Positions 1 to 10,419 of a stretch of 64,000 nucleotides of DNA are shown piece after piece (within the stretch, counting starts at the first letter, position 1; every line of letters starts with the position of its first letter). This DNA comes from Gemmatimonadota bacterium (GTDB lineage: Bacteria > Gemmatimonadota > Gemmatimonadetes > Gemmatimonadales > Gemmatimonadaceae). The stretch spans positions 1-64,000 of the forward strand of contig JAZJZK010000053.1 of the NCBI GenBank assembly GCA_040389905.1, written 5' to 3'. Both the position numbers and the translations under genes were made by a program. A model generated the notes under the pieces. It was given only the letters and a program-made list of their open reading frames with translations, made no database searches and was not told the origin of the DNA.

Positions 1-55
1 AACCCACGACCTGAAGATTAAAAGTCTCCTGCTCTACCAACTGAGCTATCCGGTC
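1..55 (-). tRNA. tRNA-Lys(UUU), 3' end truncated by the window edge
   Basis: Reverse complement reads GACCGGA-TA-GCTCAGTTGGTAGAGC-A-GGAGA-CTTTTAA-TCTTC-AGGTC-GTGGGTT: D arm, anticodon TTT and start of T arm. Confidence 0.92.
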
Positions 56-254
56 CGGAGGCCACGGGAAAGCGAACCTTGAGCCGCGAAGCCTCCGCAA
101 GATACACGGTCACCTGAATGCGCGCGACGGACTGGGAAGGCCTCGCCCAAGAGGCGACAGGTAGCGAAGTTACGTGTGCCGCTTTTCCCAGCGCTTGCCT
201 CTTCCCCCGCGTATGAACCGAACCGGGCGGACCTGAGAGGCCTCCCGTTAAACA

Positions 255-1763
255 ATGACCAATTACCCGATGCTTCCGAAGGCGTTGCATGTAGTCATAT
301 GGCCGAGGCCGCGTGCGCATCCGCGCAATCTCACCGTCGCGCTCCGACGCTCCTTGCTCGTCGGCACGGCGTTCGTGATCGGATGCGCTCGCACCGTCCC
401 GCTCAGTGGCGTACCCACGACACCCGCTACGAGAGCGGAACCGTGGACGGCGCCCGCCGGCGTCGTGGCGCCCGAACCGGCGCGTGCGTCACTGGCTGCG
501 GCGCGCGATATTGCCCGTCCGGAGGGTCAGCTTGCGCTCGCACAGGTCGTTGAGCTTGCGCTGCGCAATAATCCGCAAACGCAACTGTCGTGGGCGCAGG
601 CGCGCGCCGGCGCGGCCACCGCGGGTGCCGCCGCAGCCTCCTATGTCCCCACGGTCGATGCGACGTCGAACATCGTGCGCTCGCAAACGACGTCACAGTT
701 GGGGGCCATCGAGCGCTCGACGTTGACGCCGCAGGTGAACCTCACGTACCTGCTCCTCGATTTCGGCGGTCGCAGCGGCACGGTCGCGGCGGCCCGCGCG
801 GCGGCGATCGCCCTCGATCTCACGCACAATGCCACGCTGCAGAATGTGGCGCTCGGGGCCGAGCAGGCGTTCTTCAACTATCAGGCGCAGCAGAGCCTGC
901 TGACGGCCACGCAACTCACGGTGGCCGTGGCGGACACCAACCTGGCGTCGGCTCGCCAGCGCAATCAGTCGGGTGTCGCGACAATCGCCGATGTCCTCCA
1001 GGCCGAAACACTCCTGGCGCAGGCACAGCTGGATCTCGAGACCGCGCAGGGGAATCTCCAGATCGCCCGAGGCAATCTCAGTATCGCGATGGGGTTGCCG
1101 GCCAACGCCACGTTCGACGTCGTTCCGGCGACCGATTCCGTCTCGGTGTCGGCGGCCGGCGCGAGCGTCGATTCGTTGATTGACCGGGCGCTCGCATCGC
1201 GGCCGGATCTCGCGGCCCTCCGCACGCAGATTCAGCAGACGGAGGCACAGGTTCGCGTCGCGCGCTCGGCGCAATACCCCGCCATCACCCTGGGCGCGAA
1301 TGTCGGAAAGACCATCTCGAACGTCAACGCATTCCAGGGGCTGAACTACGGCCTCAACCTCGGCATTACCGTTCCGATCTTCAATCTGGCGCGACCATAC
1401 AACCTGGCTGCCGCCGAGGCGCAGGTGGAGGCGGCGACGGCGCGCGCTGGTCTCTTGCGCGTCCAGATCGGACAGCAGGTCTTTGCGTCGTACTTTACGC
1501 TTCAGACAGCGGCGCAACGGACTCGCACGACGAACACGCTCCTCGCGAGTGCGACGAAATCCGAGGAGGTCGCGCGGGCTCGCTATCGGGCCGGCGTTGG
1601 CACGATCGTCGACCTCATCACGGCGCAGACTGCGCTCGCAAGCGCTCGCGCACAGCAAGCACAATCGCGCTGGGTATGGGCCTCGGCGCTCGCCCAGCTC
1701 TCGCATGACGTCGGCGTGCTCGGCACGAACGGCCAGTCAACCATTCCGCTCGTCCCACGATGA
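255..1763 (+). CDS. TolC-family outer-membrane efflux lipoprotein (start uncertain)
   Basis: VIGC lipobox; 'VELALRNNP', 'ALASRPDL', 'ARYRAGVGTIVDLITAQ' OEP motifs; overlaps the adaptor gene by 4 nt. Confidence 0.9.
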   Translation: MTNYPMLPKALHVVIWPRPRAHPRNLTVALRRSLLVGTAFVIGCARTVPLSGVPTTPATRAEPWTAPAGVVAPEPARASLAAARDIARPEGQLALAQVVELALRNNPQTQLSWAQARAGAATAGAAAASYVPTVDATSNIVRSQTTSQLGAIERSTLTPQVNLTYLLLDFGGRSGTVAAARAAAIALDLTHNATLQNVALGAEQAFFNYQAQQSLLTATQLTVAVADTNLASARQRNQSGVATIADVLQAETLLAQAQLDLETAQGNLQIARGNLSIAMGLPANATFDVVPATDSVSVSAAGASVDSLIDRALASRPDLAALRTQIQQTEAQVRVARSAQYPAITLGANVGKTISNVNAFQGLNYGLNLGITVPIFNLARPYNLAAAEAQVEAATARAGLLRVQIGQQVFASYFTLQTAAQRTRTTNTLLASATKSEEVARARYRAGVGTIVDLITAQTALASARAQQAQSRWVWASALAQLSHDVGVLGTNGQSTIPLVPR

Positions 1764-3232
1764 GCCTCATTCGATCGTCCCGCCATCAGATGCGTACCCT
1801 TCCGTCGCTGCGACTCCCGCTCGCCAGCGTGATTCTCTTGCTGGTGTTCACTGCCGCGTGCTCCAAGAAGCCGGAGCAGCGCGCTCGTCCCCCGGTGCCG
1901 GTTGTCGTGACGAAGGCGCGGCTCGCGGACGTTCCCTACACCATCGAAGCCAACGGCGTCGTCGTTCCGCTCAAGGCCGCGAATGTCGGCTCACAGGTGG
2001 AAGGCATCATCCAGCGCGTTGCCTTCGCCGAGGGACAAGAGGTGAAGCAGGGCCAGGTGCTCTTCGAGATCGATTCGCGTCCGTATCGCGCCTCGTACAG
2101 CCAGGCACTGGCCAACCTCGCGCGCGACAAGGCCAATGCGGACAACGCGCAGCTCGAGGCGGAGCGCTACGCAACGCTGGCGGCGAAGGACTACGTGACG
2201 AAGCAGCAAGCGGATCTGCAGCGCGCCACGGCCGCAGCGACGGCGGCGACCATGGCGGCAACGCAGGCGGCCGTCTCGACGGCGAAGTTCAACCTCGATA
2301 ACACCACGATTCGCGCGCCGATCTCTGGGCGCACGGGCGCGCTGTTGGTGAAGGAAGGCAACCTCGTGCACGCGAATGGCGCGGCGCCGCTCGTGGTCAT
2401 CAATCAGGTCAGTCCAATCCTCGTTCGCTTCGCGATTCCGGCGACGCAACTGCCGCTGCTTCAGAAGTACGGAGCGGACGGAAAGCTGTCCGTCACGGCA
2501 ACGCCGAGTGGCGGATCGGATCAGGCGGTCGATCCGGGTGCACCGGCGATCGGTCTCTCGATCGGCCGCAGCGATCCCGGTACGGAATCAGCAGCGGGTG
2601 GACGTGGCGGCCGGCGCGGCGGCGGTGAGGGGAGTGCCGGTGAAGGTGGTGGTGGTCGAGGTGCGCCGCAGACGCCGACGTCGAGCCTCGCGACACTCGT
2701 GCAGACCGAGAGCGGTACGCTCACCTTCATCGACAATGCGGTCGACACGACGACGGGAACCGTGCTGCTGAAGGCGTCATTCCCCAACCCGAACCAGCGG
2801 TTGTGGGTGGGTCAGTTCGTGGCGACCAACCTGCGGCTGTTCGTCGAGCAGAATGCGCTCGTACTTCCCGCGCAGGCGATCGTGACGGGGCAGCAGGGCC
2901 CCTACGTCTATGTGATTACCGACTCGGGCACCGCACAACAGCGAATGGTGACGATCGAGCGGACGGCGGGGCCGATGACGATCCTCGCGTCCGGGGTCAA
3001 GAATGGCGACCAGGTGGTGACGGATGGACAGTCGCGTCTCACGCCGAATGCCAGAGTCAGCATCATGACGCCACAAGGAGCGGCGGGCGGCGGCGGACGA
3101 CGGGGCGGCCGGGGCCGGGGCGCACCGGGCGAGGGCTCGGGCGGGGGCGGTTCACAGCAGGGCGAGAGGGGTGCGGGCGCTGCCGCGCCCGGACGACGAG
3201 GCGGAGGCCAGGCTGCCGCACCGAAGCCATAG
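1760..3232 (+). CDS. RND efflux periplasmic adaptor subunit (MdtA-like)
   Basis: 'FAEGQEVKQGQVLFEID', 'TTIRAPISGRTG', 'FIDNAVDTTTGT', 'GDQVVTDG'; Gly/Arg-rich insertion and tail. Confidence 0.93.
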   Translation: MSLIRSSRHQMRTLPSLRLPLASVILLLVFTAACSKKPEQRARPPVPVVVTKARLADVPYTIEANGVVVPLKAANVGSQVEGIIQRVAFAEGQEVKQGQVLFEIDSRPYRASYSQALANLARDKANADNAQLEAERYATLAAKDYVTKQQADLQRATAAATAATMAATQAAVSTAKFNLDNTTIRAPISGRTGALLVKEGNLVHANGAAPLVVINQVSPILVRFAIPATQLPLLQKYGADGKLSVTATPSGGSDQAVDPGAPAIGLSIGRSDPGTESAAGGRGGRRGGGEGSAGEGGGGRGAPQTPTSSLATLVQTESGTLTFIDNAVDTTTGTVLLKASFPNPNQRLWVGQFVATNLRLFVEQNALVLPAQAIVTGQQGPYVYVITDSGTAQQRMVTIERTAGPMTILASGVKNGDQVVTDGQSRLTPNARVSIMTPQGAAGGGGRRGGRGRGAPGEGSGGGGSQQGERGAGAAAPGRRGGGQAAAPKP

Positions 3233-3249
3233 TGTGAGGAGGTAGAGGC

Positions 3250-6200
3250 ATGAGCATAACGGCGTTGTTCATCCGCCGGCCCGTGATGACGACGCTCATC
3301 ATGGTGGCGATTCTCACGTTCGGTGTCGTCTCGTACCAGCGGCTCACGGTGAGCGACCTGCCGTCGGTCGACTATCCGACGCTCAACGTCAATGCGAACC
3401 TGCCGGGTGCGAGCCCGGAGACGATGGCCGCCACCGTCGCGACGCCGCTCGAGAAAGCCTTCAGCGCGATCGCCGGCATCGACAACATCACGTCGCGGAG
3501 TGGCCTCGGGAACACGAACATCACGCTCCAGTTCAACCCTGAGCGCGACATCGACGCCGCGGCGCAGGACGTCAATTCGGCGATCTCCGCCACGCTTGCG
3601 TTCCTGCCGTCGAACATCATCCCGCCCGGCTATCGCAAGCAGAATCCGGCGGCGTCGCCGATCCTGTTCTTCGCGCTCACGTCGAGTGCCATGTCACTCA
3701 CGGCGCTGGATGAATTCGCCCAGACGAACATCGCGCAGCGGTTGTCGATGATCGAGGGGGTATCGCAGGTGAGCGTGTTCGGGTCGGCGAAGTATGCCGT
3801 TCGCGTCGATCTCGACCCAGCGCAGCTCATCGCGCGCAACCTTGGCGTGAACGAGATATCCGCGGCAATCCGTGCGAACAACGTCATCCTCCCCACGGGG
3901 GTGATCTACGGGAAGGATCGCACGCTGACGATTCAGGCGACGGGCCAGCTCACCAAGGCGTCGGACTTTCGCAACATGATCATCGCCCACCGGAATGGCG
4001 CGCCGATTCATCTTGGTGACGTGGCTCGCGTGTACGACGGCATCCAGAATACACGGAGTGCAAGCTGGTACAACGGCGAACGCGCCATCGTCCTCGCCGT
4101 CATGCGTCAGCCGGGTACGAACACGGTCGAGGTCGCGGATAAGGTCAAGGCCGCATTGGCGGAGCTGCTGCCCTCGTTGCCGCAGTCGGTCAAGGTCAGG
4201 GTCCGCTATGATCGCTCCGTTGGCATCAAGACGTCGGTGCACGAGGTGAAGTTGTCGTTGATCGTCGCGCTCGTGCTGGTGGTGATGGTGATCTTCGTTT
4301 TCCTGAGAAACGTCACTGCGACGTTGATCCCGAGTCTCACGCTCCCGATGGCCGTCGTCGGCACGTTCTCGGTGATGTACGTCTTCAACTTCAGCATCGA
4401 CAATCTGTCGCTGATGGCGCTCACGCTGGCCGTCGGCTTCGTGGTGGATGATGCGATCGTGATGCTCGAGAATATCATTCGCCACATCGAGATGGGAAAA
4501 CCGCCGATGCAGGCGGCGCTCGACGGCGCGGAGGAAGTGAGCTTCACCATCCTTTCGATGACGCTGTCGCTCGCGGCGGTCTTCATCCCGCTCATCTTCA
4601 TGGGCGGGATCATCGGCCGGCTGTTCCGCGAATTCGCGGTCACGATCTGCGCGGCCATTCTCGTGTCCGGCTTCGTCTCGCAGACGTTGACGCCGATGCT
4701 GTGTGCCCGCTTCCTCACCTCGCACAAGGGTGAGACGCACGGCAGGCTGTACAACGCCTTCGAGAGTCTCTTCAACGCCATTCTGCGCGGATACGAACGA
4801 TCGCTCGGATGGGCGATGCGTTTTCGACCGGCGACGCTGGTGTTTTCCGCCCTGATTCTGATCGCCACCGCGATGCTCTTTCAGAACGTGCCGAAGGGTC
4901 TGTTCCCCAGTGACGACACGGGGTTGCTGAGCGCGACGACGGAAGCAGCGCAGGGTACGTCGTTCACCGAGATGATGCGTCTCCAGCAGCTCGCCAACGC
5001 AGCGCTGGAGAAGGACACGAACGTGGCCGGCTACATGTCGTCGCTCAACGGCGGCAACAACGGCGACATCAATATCGTGCTCAAGCCCGCGGGGCAACGC
5101 CCGTCGGCGGATCAGATGGTGGCGAGTCTCACGCGTCGGCTCAGCAGCATTCCCGGCATCAACGGCTTCGTGCAGAACCCACCGGCAATCCGTATCGGTG
5201 GCCGTGGGTCGAAGACACTCTACCAGTTCACGCTTCAGGGGAGCGATGTGGCGTCGCTGTACGCCGGCGCCCAGAAGCTTCAACAGGCGATGCGGAATCT
5301 TCCCCTCGTCACCGATGTGACGAGCGACGTGCAGAACAGGAATCCACTCATCACGGTTCATATTCTCCGCGATCGCGCCGCGATGCTCGGCGTCACCCCG
5401 CTGTCCATCCAACGCACGCTTGCGGCGTCCTATAGCGAGCAACAGGCGTCGTCCATCTACACGCCGACCAACGACTACTGGGTCGTGCTACAACTCGACC
5501 CGAAGGGCCAGACGGATATCTCGTCGCTCGAGAAGGTGTACATCACGAGCAGCCGCGGGAAGCTGGTTCCCCTCTCTGACGTCGCGACATTCTCACTCGG
5601 CGTGGGCCCCGCGAGCATCGCCCATTCAGGCCAGCGGGCATCGGCGACCGTGTCGTTCAACCTGCCGCCCAATGGCAACCTGGGTGCGGCCGTGGCGGCG
5701 GTGCAGAAGCTCGCGACCGAAGTGCTTCCCGCCAGCATCACGACGGGATTCTCGGGAACCGCTGCTGCCTTCCAGGACTCGCAGAAGGGGCTCGGCATCC
5801 TGCTGCTCATCACGGTCTTCATCATCTTCGTGATTCTCGGCATTCTCTATGAGAGCTTCATCCATCCGATCACGATTCTCACCGGGCTTCCATTCGCCGC
5901 GTTCGGGGCGCTCCTTGCGCTGACGGTGTTCGGGCAACAGCTCGACGTGTACGGCTATGTCGGTTGCATCATGCTCATTGGCATCGTGATGAAGAATGCC
6001 ATCATGATGATCGACTTCGCGATCGAAATGGAGCGAAGCGGACACACGACGCCTGCCGAGGCAATCGTCCACGCAGCAAGTGTGCGCTTCCGTCCGATCC
6101 TGATGACGACGGTCGCCGCGATCGTCGGTACGCTGCCAATCGCCATCGGCTTCGGCGCGAGCGCGGCGTCGCGCCGGCCACTCGGCATCGCCGTTGTGGG

Positions 6201-6366
6201 GGGGCTCGCCTTTTCTCAGATCGTCACCCTCTACGTGACGCCCGTGTTCTATACCTATCTCGATGATCTCCAGAGCTGGATGGGCCGAACGTCCGCCCGC
6301 CTGCCATGGGCGAGCGAACCGGAGCAGCCGGCCGCCGATCAACCGACCCTCGCCTCTGGCGACTGA
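3250..6366 (+). CDS. RND efflux permease (MdtB/MdtC-like), copy 1
   Basis: 1038 aa; 'FIRRPVMTT', 'GFVVDDAIVMLENI', 'RFRPILMTT'; purine-rich RBS upstream. Confidence 0.95.
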   Translation: MSITALFIRRPVMTTLIMVAILTFGVVSYQRLTVSDLPSVDYPTLNVNANLPGASPETMAATVATPLEKAFSAIAGIDNITSRSGLGNTNITLQFNPERDIDAAAQDVNSAISATLAFLPSNIIPPGYRKQNPAASPILFFALTSSAMSLTALDEFAQTNIAQRLSMIEGVSQVSVFGSAKYAVRVDLDPAQLIARNLGVNEISAAIRANNVILPTGVIYGKDRTLTIQATGQLTKASDFRNMIIAHRNGAPIHLGDVARVYDGIQNTRSASWYNGERAIVLAVMRQPGTNTVEVADKVKAALAELLPSLPQSVKVRVRYDRSVGIKTSVHEVKLSLIVALVLVVMVIFVFLRNVTATLIPSLTLPMAVVGTFSVMYVFNFSIDNLSLMALTLAVGFVVDDAIVMLENIIRHIEMGKPPMQAALDGAEEVSFTILSMTLSLAAVFIPLIFMGGIIGRLFREFAVTICAAILVSGFVSQTLTPMLCARFLTSHKGETHGRLYNAFESLFNAILRGYERSLGWAMRFRPATLVFSALILIATAMLFQNVPKGLFPSDDTGLLSATTEAAQGTSFTEMMRLQQLANAALEKDTNVAGYMSSLNGGNNGDINIVLKPAGQRPSADQMVASLTRRLSSIPGINGFVQNPPAIRIGGRGSKTLYQFTLQGSDVASLYAGAQKLQQAMRNLPLVTDVTSDVQNRNPLITVHILRDRAAMLGVTPLSIQRTLAASYSEQQASSIYTPTNDYWVVLQLDPKGQTDISSLEKVYITSSRGKLVPLSDVATFSLGVGPASIAHSGQRASATVSFNLPPNGNLGAAVAAVQKLATEVLPASITTGFSGTAAAFQDSQKGLGILLLITVFIIFVILGILYESFIHPITILTGLPFAAFGALLALTVFGQQLDVYGYVGCIMLIGIVMKNAIMMIDFAIEMERSGHTTPAEAIVHAASVRFRPILMTTVAAIVGTLPIAIGFGASAASRRPLGIAVVGGLAFSQIVTLYVTPVFYTYLDDLQSWMGRTSARLPWASEPEQPAADQPTLASGD

Positions 6367-6378
6367 GGCGACGACGCA

Positions 6379-9300
6379 ATGAATATCACGACGCTGTTCA
6401 TCAAACGCCCGGTCATGACGACGCTCGTCATGACGGCGATCCTGTTCTTCGGGGTCGTGGCGTATCAGAAGCTGCCGGTGAGCGACCTGCCGAACGTCGA
6501 TTTTCCGACGATCAGCGTGAACGCGATCTTGCCGGGCGCGAGCCCGTCGACGATGGCGGCGACCGTGGCGACGCCACTCGAGAAGCAGTTCTCGACGATC
6601 GCCGGCGTGGACAACATGACGTCCACGTCGAGCCTCGGGCAGACACAGATCGTCATTCAGTTCTCGCTCGATCGCGACATCGATGCGGCGGCGCAGGACG
6701 TCCAGGCCGCGATTACGCAGACATTGCGCGGATTGCCGCAGGGCATTCTTCCGCCGTCGTACCAGAAGACCAATCCCGCCAGTGCGCCCATCCTTACGCT
6801 GGCGCTGACGTCCGACCAGGTGCCGCTGTCGCAGCTCAACGAATATGGCGAGACGACCATTGCCCAACGCCTGTCGACCGTGACGGGCGTCGCACAGGTG
6901 CTCGTGTACGGGGCGCAGAAGTACGCGGTGCGCGTGCAGCTCGATCCGTCGCAACTCGCCAGTCGGAACCTCGCGCTCGAGGATATCTCGACCGCGATCT
7001 CGAGCCAGAATGTCAACCTGCCGACGGGCGTGCTCTGGGGGCCGAAGACCGCGCTGACGATCCAGGCGACAGGCCAGCTGCGGACAGCCGACGATTTCCG
7101 CAAGCTGATCGTCGCGTACCGGGGCGGCGCGCCGGTGCACCTCGAGGAACTTGGCCGCATCACGGACGACGTCCAGAACAACAAAACCGCCAGTTGGTTT
7201 GGCGCGTCGCGCTCGATCGTCCTCGCGATCCAGCGTCAGCCCGGCACGAACACGGTGGCCGTTGCCGAGCGCGTGAAGGAAGTGCTGGAGCGGGTGAAGG
7301 GAGACATTCCGCCGTCCGTCAACGTGCAGGTGCTGTACGACCGGTCTCTCACCATCGAGGAATCGGTCAAGGATGTGACGTTCACGCTCGAGATCACGCT
7401 CGTCCTCGTCGTGCTGGTCATTTTCCTTTTCCTGCGCAACGTTTCGGCAACGATCATCCCGAGCCTCGCGTTGCCGATGTCGATCATCGGGACGTTCTCG
7501 GTGATGTACCTGCTCGACTACAGCCTCGATAACCTGTCGTTGATGGCGCTCACGCTCGCCGTGGGCTTCGTAGTGGACGACGCGATCGTGATGCTCGAGA
7601 ACATCGTGCGCCACCTCGAGATGGGAAAGACGCGGATGCAGGCGGCGCTCGACGGCGCGTCGGAGATCGGATTCACGATTATCTCGATGACGTTGTCGCT
7701 CGCCGCGGTGTTCATTCCGATCCTGTTCATGGGCGGGATCATCGGCAAGCTGTTTCACGAATTCGCCGTCACCATCGGCGTGGCGATCCTGGTCTCGGGC
7801 GTGGTGTCGTTGACGCTGACGCCAATGCTGTCGAGCCGGTTCTTACGCTCGCATCATGGAAAAGAACAGGGCAAGTTCTACCAGGCGACGGAGCGGCTCT
7901 ATGATCGCTGGCTCTACCACTATGCACGCAGCCTCGACTGGGTGATGGAGCGGCGGCGCGCGACGATGGTGTTCTCGTTCGTCATCCTCGTGCTGACGGG
8001 TGTGCTCTTCAGCATCGCCCCCAAGGGCTTGTTCCCGGTCGACGACACGGGACAACTGCTCGCGACGACCGAGGCGTCGGAAGGCGTGTCGTTCGACGCG
8101 CTCACTGTCGCGCAGCAACGCGTCGTGGCGACCGTTGCAGCGGATCCAGATGTCCGATCGGTCACCTCCGCAGTGGGCACCACACCGGCGGCCAATCAAG
8201 GTCAGCTCACGATCGACCTCAAGCCGATCAGCGAGCGAAAGCGGAGTTCCGACGAGATCGCACGGGACATTACGCAGAGCCTGAAATCGATTCCCGACAT
8301 CACGGCGTTCATCCAGAACCCGCCGGCGATCTCCATTGGCGGGCTCGCATCAAAGAGCATGTACCAGTACACGCTGCTGAGCGGCGACATCGCGACGCTG
8401 AATGCGAGCGCGCGGACGCTCGAGGCTCGACTGCGGCAGTTGCACAGTCTCGTGAACGTGACGAGCGACTTGTTGATCGAGAATCCGCAGGTAACCGTCG
8501 ACATCAATCGGGAGCAGGCGGGACAGCTTGGCGTCTCGGCCGCGGAGATCGAGAATACGCTGTACGACGCGTTCGGGCAGAAGCAGGTGTCCACGATTTA
8601 CACGTCGACGAACAACTACTGGGTCGTCATGGAACTCCTGCCGGAGTTCCAGCAGGACGTCCGTTCCCTCGGCATGCTCTGGGTGCGATCGACGCAGGGA
8701 AAGGTGGTTCCGCTCAGCGCGGTGGCCGACTTCAAGCTGGACGTCGGGCCGGTGACGGTGAATCACTCGGGACAACTTCCCGCCGTCACGATCTCATTCG
8801 ATCTCGCGCCTGGAGTGTCGCTCGGCGCGGCGCTCGAGGAAGTGCGCGTGGAGGCGAAAGAAGTTCTGCCGGCGAATGTCGTCGGGAGTTTTGCGGGAAC
8901 CGCCGAAGCGTTTCTCACGACCCAGCAGGGCCTCATCATCCTGCTCGTGCTCGCGATCTTTGTGATCTACGTGATCCTCGGCGTGCTGTACGAGAGCTTC
9001 ATCCACCCGATCACGATTCTCTCGGGGCTGCCGTTCGCGGCGTTCGGCGCATTGCTGACGTTGATGATCTTCCGCCTCGATCTCGACGTCTACGGCTTCG
9101 TGGGCATGATCATGCTCATCGGCATCGTCGAAAAGAATGCGATCATGATGATCGATTTCGCGCTGGAGACGCAGCGACTGCATGATCGCACCCCTGCCGC
9201 CGCGATCGTCGAGGCCGCGAGCGTGAGGTTCCGCCCGATCATGATGACCACGATGGCCGCGCTCATGGGTGCGCTTCCCATCGCCGTCGGTTGGGGCGCG

Positions 9301-9486
9301 GGTTCGGCGAGTCGTCGGCCGCTCGGCGTTGCTGTCGTTGGTGGATTGGCGTTTTCACAGCTCGTGACGCTGTACGTGACGCCGGTGTTCTACACGTACC
9401 TCGACGAGCTCCAGAGCTGGGTCGGGCGGCGCGGGTGGAGAAAGACTCGGCGGCCGGTCGAAGTGCAGGCGGTCGGCGCGGACTGA
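6379..9486 (+). CDS. RND efflux permease (MdtB/MdtC-like), copy 2
   Basis: 1035 aa paralogue of the preceding gene with the same motifs. Confidence 0.95.
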   Translation: MNITTLFIKRPVMTTLVMTAILFFGVVAYQKLPVSDLPNVDFPTISVNAILPGASPSTMAATVATPLEKQFSTIAGVDNMTSTSSLGQTQIVIQFSLDRDIDAAAQDVQAAITQTLRGLPQGILPPSYQKTNPASAPILTLALTSDQVPLSQLNEYGETTIAQRLSTVTGVAQVLVYGAQKYAVRVQLDPSQLASRNLALEDISTAISSQNVNLPTGVLWGPKTALTIQATGQLRTADDFRKLIVAYRGGAPVHLEELGRITDDVQNNKTASWFGASRSIVLAIQRQPGTNTVAVAERVKEVLERVKGDIPPSVNVQVLYDRSLTIEESVKDVTFTLEITLVLVVLVIFLFLRNVSATIIPSLALPMSIIGTFSVMYLLDYSLDNLSLMALTLAVGFVVDDAIVMLENIVRHLEMGKTRMQAALDGASEIGFTIISMTLSLAAVFIPILFMGGIIGKLFHEFAVTIGVAILVSGVVSLTLTPMLSSRFLRSHHGKEQGKFYQATERLYDRWLYHYARSLDWVMERRRATMVFSFVILVLTGVLFSIAPKGLFPVDDTGQLLATTEASEGVSFDALTVAQQRVVATVAADPDVRSVTSAVGTTPAANQGQLTIDLKPISERKRSSDEIARDITQSLKSIPDITAFIQNPPAISIGGLASKSMYQYTLLSGDIATLNASARTLEARLRQLHSLVNVTSDLLIENPQVTVDINREQAGQLGVSAAEIENTLYDAFGQKQVSTIYTSTNNYWVVMELLPEFQQDVRSLGMLWVRSTQGKVVPLSAVADFKLDVGPVTVNHSGQLPAVTISFDLAPGVSLGAALEEVRVEAKEVLPANVVGSFAGTAEAFLTTQQGLIILLVLAIFVIYVILGVLYESFIHPITILSGLPFAAFGALLTLMIFRLDLDVYGFVGMIMLIGIVEKNAIMMIDFALETQRLHDRTPAAAIVEAASVRFRPIMMTTMAALMGALPIAVGWGAGSASRRPLGVAVVGGLAFSQLVTLYVTPVFYTYLDELQSWVGRRGWRKTRRPVEVQAVGAD

Positions 9487-9493
9487 ACCTTAC

Positions 9494-9703
9494 CGAGCCT
9501 TGAGCCGAGCTTGAGCTCGAGCTCGAGTGTGAGCCACCAGCGGGAGCGCGAGCGCGAGCGTGAGCCTTGAGCAATGAGCAACTCAGCGCTTGAGCAAGGA
9601 GCTGGCGCTCACGCTCACGCTCTAATTGGCTCAATGCTGGAAGCTCACGCTCACGCTCATGCTCCAGCTCATGGCTCAACCCTTAGCTCGAGCTGGCAGC
9701 TCT
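9494..9703. repeat. Palindromic hexamer-repeat array (nnGAGC units, then GCTCnn units)
   Basis: TTGAGC/TCGAGC/GCGAGC/GTGAGC units to ~9603, then GCTCAC/GCTCAT/GCTCAA units; lies between convergent genes. Confidence 0.85.
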
Positions 9704-10419
9704 CTCTGCGGGACGTCGTGTGTGTGTGTGGCTGCTCGGTAGATCGAGAACGCCCTCCACGAACCGAACAGCCACGTAAACCCGATCAGCAGCCCGCCAA
9801 TCAAGTCCGTCGGCCAATGAACCGACAGGTACAGACGGGAATACGCCGTCGTGAGGATGATCAGCACCGTCAGCACGTACGGCCACTTCCAGCCGAGCCA
9901 ACGGTCGATCATCAGCGAGAGTGTGAAGTAGAGCGCCGGTGTCAGAATCACGTGTCCGCTCGGATACGACGCCCATGTCCACATGCCGCGCAGCGGAAAC
10001 AATGCGGGCCGCGGCCGGCCCAGCAGCGTCTTCATCAGCGGATTGAGTGAGAGCGATCCGAGCGAGACGAGGAGAAGCTGGATCGCAATCAGCGGCTGGT
10101 TGAACTTCCGCCAGAGCAGAAGTCCGACGACGATCATCAGCGGCAGCACCGTGAGATTCGTACCCACGTATGGTGTGGCCAGCATCAGTTGGTCGAGCAG
10201 CCAGGGCAGCGGATGCTCGTGAAACCACACAAGCACTGCACGTTCCCACGCGGCGCCCAGCGTCCAACTGGATGTCTGCTTCAGCGCGTAGCCGAATCCG
10301 ACGCCAAACAGCCACGATGCGGCATACCCCGCGCCAAGATCGATAGCGAGCTGCCATCGCGGGTGTCGTCGCAACTTTGTGGGCACGCCCTCAGCTGCCA
10401 GCGGTCGCCTCTCCACCAA
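9676..10419 (-). CDS. PAP2-family membrane phosphatase (start uncertain)
   Basis: KxxxxRPRP, SYPSGH and SRLYLSVHWPTD motifs; several TM helices. Confidence 0.92.
   Translation of the reverse strand: MVERRPLAAEGVPTKLRRHPRWQLAIDLGAGYAASWLFGVGFGYALKQTSSWTLGAAWERAVLVWFHEHPLPWLLDQLMLATPYVGTNLTVLPLMIVVGLLLWRKFNQPLIAIQLLLVSLGSLSLNPLMKTLLGRPRPALFPLRGMWTWASYPSGHVILTPALYFTLSLMIDRWLGWKWPYVLTVLIILTTAYSRLYLSVHWPTDLIGGLLIGFTWLFGSWRAFSIYRAATHTHDVPQRELPARAKG

Noticed and set aside
3694..7758. Long minus-strand ORFs (582 aa and 710 aa) opposite the RND permeases
   Set aside because: Antisense shadows of high-GC coding sequence; no motifs, and fully overlapped by well-supported genes
9494..9703. Possible CRISPR array or His/Ser-rich small proteins
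   Set aside because: Units are 6 nt with no unique spacers and no cas genes; the ORFs are by-products of the repeat
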